Assembly: GCF_009914755.1 (NCBI RefSeq)
Contig: NC_060935.1
Source: the human T2T-CHM13v2.0 reference genome, Homo sapiens
Length of the DNA: 64,000 nt
Reading direction: 5' to 3' (one strand)
Positions within the stretch are counted from its first letter, which is position 1. Each line of letters begins with the position of its first letter. Made by a program: the position numbers and the translations under genes. Under the pieces are notes generated by a model. It searched no databases and had not been told where the DNA came from. It saw only the letters and a list, made by a program, of their open reading frames with translations. This document shows positions 1 to 16,541 of this stretch, piece by piece.

Positions 1-3270
<3,270 letters not shown>

Positions 3271-3277
3271 CTGATGT

Positions 3278-3454
3278 GTTTTTTTATTTTTAATTTTTTT
3301 TTTGAGGCAGGGTCTCACTCTCTAACCCAGGCTGCAGTGCAGTGGCATGTTGCCAGCTCACTGCAGCCTCGACCTCCCAGGCTCAGGTGATCCTTCCACC
3401 TCAGTCTCCTGAGTGGCTAGGACCCACAGGCATGTGCCACCACACCTGGCTAAT
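3278..3454 (-). mobile_element. AluJ right monomer / FRAM-like fragment
   Basis: GAGGCAGGGTCTCACTCT...CACTGCAGCCTCGACCTCCCAGGCTCAGGTGATCC (J-type diagnostics); ends at GGCTAAT. Confidence 0.88.
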
Positions 3455-3725
3455 GAGAAAAAGAAAATTAAATATTAATTAATGTTATTATTAAGAGTAT
3501 TTATTAGAAAATATACTTTTAAAATTAAATACCTAGCAATTTCCTACCATGTGCTAGGCACTTTTTAAAGCATGAGGGATATAACAGTGAAGAAATCAAA
3601 GACAAAAGGCAAATAAGTAAGTGTAGAGTATGTTCACCTTATATAAGTTAAGAAAATTCGTGCATTTAAATCAGGAAAATATTTCTGCTTTGTTTTCTCT
3701 CAAGAAGCATATATTTGAAATTATA

Positions 3726-4007
<282 letters not shown>

Positions 4008-4104
4008 TTATATATTGCGCTTAATTCCTAGTGAGGATGGATGACTGCCATTTGAGCTGGGTTTTTGTTTTTTTTTTTAAAAGAATGATTTCAAATACCT
4101 AAAA

Positions 4105-4300
4105 TTTATAATTTAATCCTTCTGTCAGCCTTCCTATACAGGTACTATTTTTATATTTTTTATCCAGATGAGGAAATTGAGACCCAGGAGGTTCCGGTAA
4201 CTCATTTGTGATCACACATTAGCTGTTATGGCAGACATAGGATTTGAACTCAGGAGACTATGCCTGTGGAGCCTGTGGCTTAGACTCACTCCACCTTATG
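4105..4300 (-). mobile_element. MIR
   Basis: Core CAGATGAGGAAATTGAGACCCAG...GGATTTGAACTCAGG. Confidence 0.75.
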
Positions 4301-5389
4301 CATGTTTCCCCTACTTCACGAAAGTGGAAAGGAATAAATAAGTGCAACCTGATAGAAATACAGCTTCTCTTAAGAGACACCAGAGGACATCTGCCAATGT
4401 GTCTTTTGACAGGTATTTTAAATTAACCAGGACAGATGGTTGTCTTGTCAGTTGGTGAATTCCATTTAATGGAATTTTGATGATCCTTTCACTCAGAGGA
4501 GCCTGCTGAATACCTAGAGTTGAGTATCTGGTAGTCTTTTTGTCTGCTTAAAGAGAATCTGCAAGAACATCTGAATTAACCATGGGGCCACAATTTAATA
4601 GGCAGCTATTTCAATGTAGCCTTTGTGGATATTTGACATGGGCTTTCTTGAGAAAGCATTGTAGGAGAATTAGATCTGTATTGACTACACTGTCTTTCAT
4701 GAATGTTCTGATTCTAATTAGGATTTATCTTTACATATTGGGGCTAAATTATTTTCTGTGGGAACACATCTCTAAAATTAAAATGTAAGTGAAAAAAAGA
4801 TTCGATATGCAAACATTTTACTTAAATACAACTTTCTGTGAATGCAGCCAGTGTATGAAATAAAGCACATGTAGTGATAAGCTAGGCTGGCTCCAGTCTC
4901 ATGCTTACAGTCTGTTAAAAAAATCGGGCACAGAAACTGCCTGGCAGCATGGGCTAGCAGAGCAGGCATGGGGCCACGTGCCTGGGGACCCAAGCTCTAG
5001 CCTTCACTATTGACCCCTGGGTATATCACTTAACTTTTCCTGGCCTTAGCTCTCAGTCAAATGGCTATATAGCTTGACAAGGAACTATTTTACAAAACAA
5101 AATAAAAATACACACAAGCACAAAGGATGCTATTAGCAACAACCCTGTAGCTGTCTCTCAGAATCAACACATCTTCACATTTTTTCATATTTGCCTCGAT
5201 CTTTAACAAAAAATAATTGCAAAATAAATGGAAGTTCCCCTCCTGGTTCCTTTCCTTTATCAACCTTGCCAGATGTCACTATTAATGTGATTGAAAGCAT
5301 TCGATCCATGTCCATGTACGTGTGTATGTATGTGTGCATGCTTACATATTACCACGTTTGTATGTGTCCATATACAAGATAGATAGTAG

Positions 5390-5640
5390 AGAGGGCTTAT
5401 GTCTAGTGGCAAAATGTGAAGCCTTTGGGGACAGACTGCCTACATTCAAATCCTAGCTATGACTCTTACTAGCTGTGTAATCTTGGGCAATTTCCTTAAC
5501 TTCTTCACTTCATTTTTACCATTTGTAAATAGAGTGTCTATTTCATAGTATTGTTCTGTGGATTAAGCAAATTAGTTAATATAATGTATTAGAACATCAT
5601 TGGGTATGTAGCAAACACTCAGTGAGTGTTAACTGTTGCC
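5390..5640 (+). mobile_element. MIR
   Basis: ACAGACTGCC..TTCAAATCCTAGCT...CTTACTAGCTGTGTAATCTTGGGCAA core. Confidence 0.8.
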
Positions 5641-6922
5641 TTATGCGGTTTACAAAATTATCTAAATGGCATAATACAAATGGATTCCTCTGAAACTTAT
5701 CATTTCACTCTCCATTTTTCTTTTGAACACATTTAGATCTAGTTCATTAGTTTGAACTACTGCATAATACCACAATGTATTCATTCATTTGCTATTGATG
5801 AAAACTTGGCTTGGTTCAGATTTTTGACAAACAATACTGCAATATACATCTTCATGCATACCTCCTTGTTCATGGCTTTTAAATTCTTATGGCACATACC
5901 TTACCACAGAATTCTTTAGGAAATCCTTAATTATCCAACAACTCATTAGTCCAATCCTATGCCTGGTCATCCCAATGATGGAGATAATACTACATTGTGA
6001 GGCAGCAAATAATATTTTTGGACTGCTCTGTTATAAGTAATTTGAAGGAAGACTAAATTTGGTTTAATGCAATGGTCTTACGTTTGTCCCACCTAAATCA
6101 CTTCAGTCATGCTGGCCACATTTTGGTTGCCTGAATACTCCAAGATTTTCCCTGACTCATGCCACCATTTCTGCTTGCCTTTTGCCTGGAAGACCTCTTT
6201 GTCTTTACACAGTTCCTTTACACAAGGAACTTTACAACAAAAGTTTCTGTTCCTTATAAATAGAGGTTCTATTTACAAATGGGAAAAATGAAGTGAGGAA
6301 GTTAAACACCTTGCCCAAGATTAAACAGCAAGTCAGAGTCTTGACTGGGGTTTGAACTTAGGCAGCTTGTTTGTTTTTCTGTATCTGGCTCTTACTCATC
6401 GTCTCTTTTTAACTTAAATGTTACTTTCTTAAGGACTGTCTTACCTTTGAGGGTTCCCCATTTTGTTATCAATCACTACTTCCTGTTTAGTCATTCAGAG
6501 TTCTTTTCATAAATTGAAATTACATATTTTTTTGGTCTCCTTTAATTTTTGTCCCCCAGTAAATAATAAATAACTCCATAAACTCTACTTGTTTTGTCTT
6601 CCATCATAAATCAGTACCCAGCACAATGTGTGACACTCAATGCAAGTGCATATGTTGGTGTTAGTGTAGCCCCTGTCACAATATTAACTTGTAGTAAACT
6701 TATTGTGGACCAAAACCCCAAAGAGGTTTGTTTGTTTTTCACTTGTTCCTGCTAATCTCTGACTTCTCCCTTCTTGAGCTCATGCAGTTAGTTTTTTGGA
6801 CTCACATTTATGTCCTTATGTTCATTACCATTAAATTTCATTACTATCTATAAAAGGAGAGGGTTGAATTAAATAACCAAGGTCACTTTCTGCTTCTAAA
6901 AATGAAATTGGTTATTCCAGAG

Positions 6923-7111
6923 CAGCATTATCCAATAGAACTTTCTGTGATGATGGAAAAGATCTATAGCTACACTACCCAATCCTATAGTCACAAGCCA
7001 CACGTGGCTATTGAGTAGTTAAAATGTGACTAGTGCAACTGAGAAGCTGGATTTTAAATTTAAATTTAAGTAGCCACATGTGGCCAGTGGCTGCTTTATT
7101 GGGTAGTGCCA
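6923..7111 (+). mobile_element. MER3 (hAT-Charlie MITE)
   Basis: CAGCATTATCCAATAGAACTTTCTGTGATGATGGAAA...TAGCCACATGTGGC; 8-bp TSD-like TTCCAGAG/TTCTAGAA. Confidence 0.88.
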
Positions 7112-8182
7112 TTCTAGAAAAACAGTATCAGAATTTTAAAAGATGAAATGGCATGCATAGCATATGGGGAGAAACCAACAAGCAGATAGGATGGCCTGTT
7201 TAGGGTCAGGGTTTATTTATTCATTGTTTTTTTTTTATTTAGTTAATAGATTAAAATATTTTTTCTTTCACTGAGCATCAGCTATGTGCTAGGCACAGTA
7301 CTGGGTACTGGGATATAGCTTTGAAGAAGGCAGTCATGACCCTTGCTCTCAAGGGTCTTCCTCTTTTAGGTGTCAAACCTAAAACATTTCTTCAAGGTAA
7401 GCTATGAGCTCCTGGCAAAATGTATTGCTAGTCTTCAGACTGGATTTCTGTGCATAGTGTTTTTCATATCTGTAATCTTCATTAGTCTGGATTCTAGAAC
7501 TTAAGGCTCTAGAACTCAGCCCCAGTACGATGAGGAGAACGAGGGGCCAAATGTTGATGAGGCAGAAGGAATATCGGCTTGGATCTTTCAAAGAGGAGGG
7601 AATTTATGGTTGTATCATTCCATATAGGCTGGATTGCACTGTAGCTAGTACCAAGGGCTGATTTCTTTACGTGTTCATTATGGGACATCTGGGACTCCTG
7701 GAGCAAGCTGACAGGGCAGCCTTTATGTAGAACTTTGCTGGTGTTCTGACAGAAGGAAAAGAGAGCATGATGAAGCAGGAGCTGGCCTCGAAAGCATCTT
7801 CTAGAAGTGTATCCCTTTTGCTTAAAGCAAGTTCCATGGCTAAGCAAGGAAGTGGCCTCCCCTAGGAAAAGACAACAAACATTTGTGAATGATAATAAAG
7901 TTTATTGTAGTCTTTTCTTCTCATCACAAATATTTGGTTCAATCTCTTTTTGATTGAGAAAATACACTCTCTTCTGGCCTTTCTCTAGGGAGGACAAACA
8001 AATGTCCCATCTAATCATGGCAATAGGATCATAGCCCAGGATCCTGTGATGTGTCTTTCTCTAGGTATTTATTTGATTCTCTTGCTTCAGGTATTCATGA
8101 AGGAAAAAAGCAAATTATCTGCTTCTCATATTAAATATTCATTGTCAGAACAAGGCCAGAATATTTAAATATACTATTAAAA

Positions 8183-8210
8183 ACACACACACATACACAC
8201 ACACACACAC
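8183..8210. repeat. (CA)n microsatellite
   Basis: Direct reading. Confidence 0.9.
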
Positions 8211-8962
8211 ATAGTTTTGGAAAAAGGAAGAATGGAGGATACACAATAGTTACTTCTAGAAAAAATTTGTGATTTAATGGAACAGACATTACAAGGATCC
8301 TTACCTTAAAAGTTGAGCATGTTCTTTAGCTCCCTGGAAACAGATCTCTAGTTCATTGTTTTCCATGGCTTATGGTTTCACTTTCTTGGGGTCCTTCTTT
8401 TTCCATTATAGTCTTGAAAAACTCTGTCAGTCCACTCTTTACCCATAGAGGTTGGAAGCATGAGGATTATTTTATTTCCTAAACAATCATTGACTCTTTT
8501 AGTCTAAGATAGTGTGACTGTTTGGCTATGAAATAAGAGTGAAACTTGGTGATTTTTATCATCTATTTAATTCCAATCAGCCATGGTATGTACCAGGAAC
8601 CATACTCACAGTTAATTTTGAGTACCACAAACCTATCAGGATTTAATGGAAAAACCAGACTGTTAAGTCACTTTTCTTTATCTCGTCCAACTGAAAAGAT
8701 TCACTGGTACTACCTTAATTTGTTCAGATGCTTTAACAATGGGTGGGACATCTATTTCCTTGACTTAATCCTTGCCTCAAGGCTGAGTTTTTTTGTTTTG
8801 TTTTCAAGGCTGAGATTTAATTGGCCTGCCCAAAGCCTTTTTCAGGTTTATCTTTTATTGCTGGAGATGAGAAAACGTTGTTGCTTTTGATACTACAAGC
8901 TCTGGAATTTCTGGACTCTATTTCCTTTCATTTTCATTTATAAGGTGGCCAGTTCATTCCTG

Positions 8963-9267
<305 letters not shown>

Positions 9268-9285
9268 TCTTTTCTGTTCTTATCT

Positions 9286-9703
9286 AGTATTAGTTTGCAA
9301 GGGCTGCTCTAGCAAAGTACTGTTGACTAGGTGGCTTAGAAAACAGAATTTTTTCTTTCCATTTTTGGATGCTAGGAGTCCAAAATCAAGGTATTGGTGG
9401 AGTTGGTTCCTTCTGAGGGCTGTGAGGGAAGGGTCTGTTATGGGGCTCTCTCCCTGGCTTGTAGATGGCTGTCTTCTCTCTATGTCTCTTCAAATCATTT
9501 TCCCTCTAAGTGGATCTCTATGTTCAAATTTCTTCTTTTTATAAGGATACCAGTCATACTGGGTTAGAGCTCACCCTACCAACCTCATTTTAGCTTCATT
9601 ACCTCTGTAAGGCCCTATCTCTAAACAAAGTAACATTCTGAGGAATTGGAGATTAGGACTTCAACATATGAATTTTTGGGGGGACACAGTTCAGTGCATA
9701 ACA
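9286..9703 (-). mobile_element. MLT1B solo LTR
   Basis: GTATTAGTTTGCAAGGGCTGC...GGGACACAGTTCAGTGCATAACA; 5-bp TSD TATCT/CATCT. Confidence 0.85.
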
Positions 9704-9920
9704 CATCTTTTTCTCCTGGTCTTTGTCTGATGCAGCCAATAGTAACCAAGACACACTACTTTCTGTTTTCCAAGCTCATCAGGTACATTTTCCTCTTCCA
9801 ATTTATTTAGGATGACAGCTTTAGCAAATGTTTCATCCTTGTGAAGTATGAATCAAAATCAGTCTAGCTTCCAACAATACAGTCTCCTTTCTGCCCACTG
9901 CATGGCTCCAGAAACCAATG

Positions 9921-10005
9921 AGATATAGATATATATATAGTGTATATATATATTTTGTTTATATATATATTTTGTTTATATATATATATATATATATTTA
10001 TTTGT
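9921..10005. repeat. (TA)n / AT-rich low complexity
   Basis: Direct reading. Confidence 0.85.
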
Positions 10006-10760
10006 TTGTTGTTGTGTTGTTATGGTAGTACCTCACACTTCCTGTACGAATTTTGTATCAACAGGAAGACTGGATGTTGTTGCAACAACCCTCAAATCTC
10101 AGTGACATACAATATCAAGAGTTTATTTCTTGCTTGTAATACATGTTCATCATGAATTGCCTACCTTTCTCCTTCACATTTTTCACCCCCTGGGATTCAT
10201 GCAACTGCTATTAGGAGGCTTGCTGTTGCTGTGGCAAATTGTGGGAAAATAAGAAAGGTGAAGCATCTACTGGCATTTAAAGCTACTGCTCAGAAATGAT
10301 ATGTGTCAATTCTGCTCAAATTTCATTGGCCAAAGTAAGTCTTATCGCCAAGCCTTAAGTTAAAGGAGATGGAAAGTACAATTCTCCTCTAGGGAGGGGC
10401 AGCAAATATTTGTGAGCACTGTTGGTCACAGTCTAGCATAATATAATATTTTAATGTTTTTAGAAAAGTTCGGGGAGATAGTAGACAGAGTTTAATGACT
10501 TGACACTAGGTGAGTGGGAAGACTAGGGCAAAGGGTAAAGAGAAGAACTTTGGCTTTGGCACAGAGATCTAACTGTAGTTAACACCAGAAGAATCTATCC
10601 TTTATCAGATGCTTAACAGGTTAACATGTGAGGGCTTGAAGAGTTCTTGGCAGAAGGGGAGGGCGGATAGTTGGTGCAGGCTTTGTATTCCAGGACTTCA
10701 AGTTGCAGCTCTGCCACTTAGTAGCTGTGTAAATTTTGTCATGTTACTTGACCTTTCTGA

Positions 10761-11065
<305 letters not shown>

Positions 11066-11543
11066 CTGAGTCTCCATTCCTCACCTCTCAAAGGGAACAG
11101 CAGTGTCATCCACCTCACAGTAATATTTTGAGTAATATCTCTTTACACAGTAGTTGTATGGCATTGGGCAACTTGGTTATGTATACTTCAGTTTCCTCAT
11201 CTGTCACATTGAGATAATACTAGTACACATTTTGTAGGGTTATTACAGGATTTAGTGATTTAAAACATTTACGCCAATGCTTGTGATAAATCCTCAATAA
11301 ATGGTAATTATTCTCATTGTAGTTAGCTGAGGTGATACATGTAAAGCTTTTAGCACAGTGGCAGGCTCACAGTGAGAACACAATAAATATGAGACAATCA
11401 TTTTCTACACTAACCCTTATTAAGAAGTGCAAGCCTAAGAAGCCAGAGTCAGAGAAATAAAGCAGAGAAGGAGGGAGAACAAATACAAGAGAGTTTATTA
11501 CCAAGCAAGCCATAGTTGCCTGGCAAGTTGATTACTCAGTCTC

Positions 11544-13843
11544 TGTATCAGTCTGTTCTCACACTGCTATAAAGATACTACCTGAGACTGGGTAATTTAT
11601 AAAGAAAGGAGGTTTATTTGACTCACAGTTTTGCTTGGCTGGGGTGGCCTCAGGAAAGTTACAATTATGGTGGAAGGTGAAGGGGAAGCAAGGCACATCT
11701 TACATAACAGCAGGAGAGAGAGAGAATGAGGAAACGCCACACTTTAAAACTATCAGCTCTCATAAGAACTCACTCATTATCATGAGAACAGCATGAGAGA
11801 AACTGCCCCCATGATCCAGTCGCCTCCCCTGACATGTGGGGATTACCATTCAAGATGAGATTTGGGTGGGAATACAGAACCAAACCATATCATTCTGCCC
11901 CTGGCCCCTCCCAAATCTCATGTCCTTTTCACATTTCAAAATCAATCATGCCTTCCCAACTGTTCTGTAAAGTCTTGACTCAGTCCAGCATTAACTCAAA
12001 AATCTAAGTCCAAAGTATCATCTGAGATAAGGCAAGTCCCTTCTCCCTATGAGCCTGTAAAATAAAAAACAAATTAGTTACTCCCAACATACAGTAGGGG
12101 TGCAGGCATTGGGTAAATGTTCCCATTCCAAATGGGAGAAACTGGCCAAAACACAGGGGCCACAGGCCTCCTCCAAGTCCAGAATCCTAAAGGGCCCTCA
12201 GTAAATCTTAAAGCTCCAGAGTAATCTCCTTTGACTTCATGACTCACATTCAGGGCATGCTGATACAACAGGTGGGTTCCCAGGGCCTTGGGCAGCTGCA
12301 CCCGTGAAGCTCTGGAGGGTACAGCCCCCAGAGCTGCTTTCATAGGTTGGTGTTGAGTGCCTGTGGCTTTTCCAAGCACACAGTGGTAACCTGTTGCTGG
12401 ATCTATCATTCTGGCATCTAGAGAATGGTGGCCCTCTTCCATAGCTCCATTAGGCAGTGCCCCAGTGGGGACTCTGTGGGGGGGGGCTCCAACCCCACAT
12501 TTTCCTTCCACACTGGCCTAGCAGAGGTTTTCCGTGAGGGCTCTGCCCCTGCAGTAGAATTCTACCTGTACATCCAGGCGTTTCCATACATCCTCTGAAA
12601 TCTAGGTGGAGGTTCCCAAACCTCAGCTCTTGACTTCTGCACACCCACATGCCCAACACCACATGGAAACTGCCAGGGCTTGGGGCTTGCACCCTCTGAG
12701 GCCACAGCTCAAGCTGTACCTTGGTCCCTTTTAGCCACTGCTGGAGCTGGAGCAGCTGGAAGGCAGGGTGCCATGTCCTGAGGCTGCACAGAGCAGCTGG
12801 GCCCTGGGCCTGGCCTATGAAGCCATTTTTCCCTCCTAGGCCTTGGGCCTGTGATGGAAGGGGTTGCCTTGAAGATCTCTGCAATGCGGTGGAGACATGT
12901 TTCCCATTATCTTGGCAGTTAACATTCAGCTCCTTGTTACTTATGCAAATTTCTGCAGCCAGCTTGAACTTCTCCCCAGAAAATGGGTTTTTCTTTTCTA
13001 CCACATGGTCAGGCTGCAAATTTTCCAAACTTATATAGTCTGCTTCCCTTTTAAGCCTAAGTTCCAATTTCAGACCATCTCTTCGTGAACATATATAACT
13101 GAATGCTTTCAGAATAAGACAGGTCACCTCTTAAATGCTTCGCTGGTTAGAAATTTCTTCCACCAGGTACCCTAAATCATCTCACTCAAGCTGAAAGTCC
13201 CATAGATTCCTAGGGCAGGGGAAAATGCCACCAGTCTCTTTGCTAAAGCATAGCATGAGTGACCTTTATTCCAGTTCACAGCAAGTTCTTCATCTCCATC
13301 CGAGACCACCTCGGCCTGGACTTCATTGTCCATATCATTATCAGCATTTGGTCAAAACCATTCAACGAGTCTCTAGGACATTCCAAACTTTCCCACATCT
13401 TCTTTTTTTCTTCTGAGCCCTCTAAACTGTTCTAACATCTTCCCATTACCCAGTTCCAAAGTCCCTTCCACATTTTCAGTTTATCTTTATAGCAGTACCC
13501 CACTCTGCTGGTACCAATTATATGTATTAGTCCATTCTTACACTGTTACAAAGATACTACCTGACACTGGGTAATTTATAAAGAAAGGTTTAATTGACTC
13601 ACAGTTCTGAATGACTGGGGAAGACTCAGGAAACTTACAATCATGGTAGAAGGCAAAGGGGAAGCAAGGCACATCTTACATGTTGGCAGGAGAGAAAGAG
13701 AATGAGGAAGTGCCACACTTTAAAACCATCAGCTCTCATAAGAACTCACTAAACTGCCCACATAATCCAATCACCTCCCTCAACATGTGGGGATTATAAT
13801 TTGAGATGAGATTTGGGTGGGGACACAGAGCCAAATTATATCT
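11544..13843 (-). mobile_element. Full-length THE1D-type (THE1/MST MaLR) provirus: 3'LTR 11544-11892, internal 11893-13522, 5'LTR 13523-13843
   Basis: Two LTRs (TGTAT(C/T)AGTC...CCAAA..ATATC) and a typical THE1-int; exact 5-bp TSD GTCTC at 11539-11543 and 13844-13848. Confidence 0.93.
12450..13127 (-). pseudogene. THE1-int MaLR ORF remnant
   Basis: Peptide LENLQPDHVVEKKNPFSGEKFKLAAEICISN is typical of THE1/MST internal ORFs; frameshifted downstream. Confidence 0.75.
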
Positions 13844-14993
13844 GTCTCCAGGATGTTTTTAAAGACACCATATGTAGTCACAGCATCTCCAAACAGTTCA
13901 TGCAGTAAGGGAGGAAGGGAGAAAATTTCATCTGTTGACTCCCAACTACTATTGTTCCAAATTTCCTACATGAAACATCCACTTCCCCAGACTTCCAGGT
14001 TGCATGTGCCTGGATGCCATATGAGTTCTGAGATATTTCCTGTGTCAGTGGCATCAGGGAAGCCCCAGAGATGGCATGAAAGTAGGTGAGGAACCATCAG
14101 AGCAGGCATGTGAGCAACAGGAGTATCTGAGTACAGTCTCCAAGGCAGGCTGTAAGTCTGTGGTGATGTGGCGGCAGCAATCTGCTGGATCACCGTGGGA
14201 ATTGTGTAAGCTAATGAGAGGGTGCTCTCTGGCTTGAAAGCAAAGAAAATGCATGAATCTGGGGTTTTATATAAACATACTTACCTTTTAAGCCCCATTT
14301 TCTCACTTTATATGTGAGGAAATAGGTGTTAATTTGGAAAAAGTTTTATTTAGAGTTATACACCTTGTTAATTGCAGAATAAAAATTAGAATCCAGGTCG
14401 TACTAGGAATTAGTTTTGATGTTTTCTGATCTCTAGGTTGCTAGTTTTTGTTTATTTTTCCAACATTTATTTTAGATTCAGGGGGTCCATGTGCAGGTTT
14501 GTTACCTAGGTATATTGTGTGATGCTGAGGTTTGAAGTATGAATGATCCCATCATCCAAGTAGTGAGCATAGTACCCAAAAGTTAGTTTTTCAACTCTTT
14601 CTTCCTCCTTCCCCACTCTAGTAGTCCTCAGTGTCTATTGTTGCCATCTTTATGTCCATGTTTCCCAATGTTTAGCTCCCAGTTGTGAGAACATGGAGTA
14701 TTTTGTTTTCTGTTCCTTTGTTAATACATGTAGGATAGTGGCCTCCAGCTGCATCCATGTTGCTGCAAAGGACATGATTTTGGTCTTTTTTATGACTGCA
14801 TAATATTCCATGGCACATATATACCACACTTTCCTTATCTAATTTACCACTGATGGGCACCTAGGTTTAGTCCATGTCTTTGCCATTGGGAATAGCACTG
14901 TGATGAACATGCAAGCACATATGTCTTTTGGTAGAATGATTTTTTTTGGGATATATACCCAGCAATGGGATTGTTGCATCAAATGGTAGTTTT

Positions 14994-15292
14994 TTTATTA
15001 AAAATATTTTATTGAGACATAATCATAAAGAAATGTGTACAAATTATAAGTTTACAACTTGCTGGGTTTATGCAAAGTGAATACAACTGTATAGTCAGTC
15101 TCTGGACTAAGAAATACAATATACCAGCACCCTAGTCACTAGCACCGGAAAAGATAACCATAATCTGACTTCTATCATCGATTAGTTTTGCATAGTATTG
15201 AACTTTACACAAGTTGAACCCCACAGTAGAAAAATCTTTGTTCCTGCTTTAAAAAAAAAACACTCAATATTATGTTAATACAATCACCAATA
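14994..15292 (-). mobile_element. L1ME1/L1MD-like 3'-end fragment, probably transduced (see findings)
   Basis: TTTATTGAGACATAATC...AAGTGAATACAACTGTA...GATTAGTTTTG...GAACTTTA resembles an old L1M 3'UTR. Confidence 0.65.
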
Positions 15293-16541
15293 TTTTTTTC
15301 TTTTATTTTTTAAATTATACTTTAAGTTCTAGGGTACATGTGCACAATGTGCAGGTTTGTTACATAGGTATACATGTGCCATGTTGGTTTGCTGCACCCA
15401 TCAACTCATCATTTACATTAGGTATTTCTCCTAATGCTGTCCCTCCCCCATCCCCCCACCCCATGACAGGCCTCCATGTGTGATGTTCCCTGCCCTGTGT
15501 CCAAGTGTTCTCATTGTTCAGTTCCCACCTATGAGTGAGAACATGCAGTGTTTGGTTTTCTGTCCTTGTGATAGTTTGCTTAGAATGATGGCTTCCAGCT
15601 TCATCCATGTCCCTGCAAAGGACATGAACTCATCTTTTTTTATGGCTGCATAGTATTCCATGGTGTATATGTGCCACATTTGCTTAATCCAGTCTATCAT
15701 TGATGGACATTTGGGTTGGTTCCAAGTTTTTGCTATTGTGAATAGTGCCGCAATAAACCTCTGTGTGCATGTGTCTTTATAGTAGCATGATTTATAATCC
15801 TTTGGGTATATACCCAGTAATGGGATGGCTGGGTCAAATGGTACTTCTAGTTCTAGATCCTAGAGGAATCTCCACACTGTCTTCCACAATGGTTGAACTA
15901 GTTTACAGTCTCACCAACAGTGTAAAAGTGTTCCTATTTCTCCACATCCTCTCCAGCACCTGTTGTTTCCTAACTTTTTAATGATCGCCATTTTAACTGG
16001 TGTGAGATGGTATCTCATTGTGGTTTTGATTTGCATTTCTGTGATTGCCAGTGATGATGAGCATTTTTTCATTTATCTGTTGGCTGCATAAATGTCTTCT
16101 TTTGAGAAGTGTCTGTTCATATACTTTGCCCACTTTTTGATGGGGTTGTTTGATTTTTTCTTGTAAATTTGTTGGCGTTCATTGTAGATTCTGGATATTA
16201 GCCCTTTGTCAGATGGGTAGATTGTAAAATTTTCTCCCATTCTGTAGGTTGCCTATTCACTCTGATGGTAGTTTCTTTTGCTGTGCAGAAACTCTGTAGT
16301 TTAATTAGATCCCATTTGTCAATTTTGGCTTTTGTTGCCATTGCTTTTGGTATTTTAGTCATGAAGCCCTTGCCCATGCCTATGTCCTGAATGGTATTGC
16401 CTAGGTTTTCTTCTAGGGTTTTTATGGTTTTAGGTCTAACATTTAAGTCTTTAATCCATCTTGAATTAATTTTTGTATAAGGTGTAAGGAAGGGATCCAG
16501 TTTCAGCTTTCTACATATGGCTAGCCAGTTTTCCCGGAACC
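15293..16541 (-). mobile_element. 5'-truncated L1PA5-7 (L1PA6-like), ~1.25 kb
   Basis: TTATACTTTAAGTTCTAGGGTACATGTGCAC 3' end; ORF2 C-terminal peptides ([41 protein letters not shown]; WHIYTMEYYAAIKKDEFMSFAGTWMKLE). Confidence 0.93.

Larger units (their letters stand above)
11420..14140 (-). mobile_element. ERVL LTR33/LTR16-like old LTR split by the THE1 provirus (pieces ~11420-11543 and 13849-~14140)
   Basis: GAGAAGGAGGGAGAACAAATACAAGAGAGTTTATT and CACTTCCCCAGACTTCCAGGTTG resemble LTR33 as I recall it; the two halves join across the GTCTC TSD. Confidence 0.5.
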
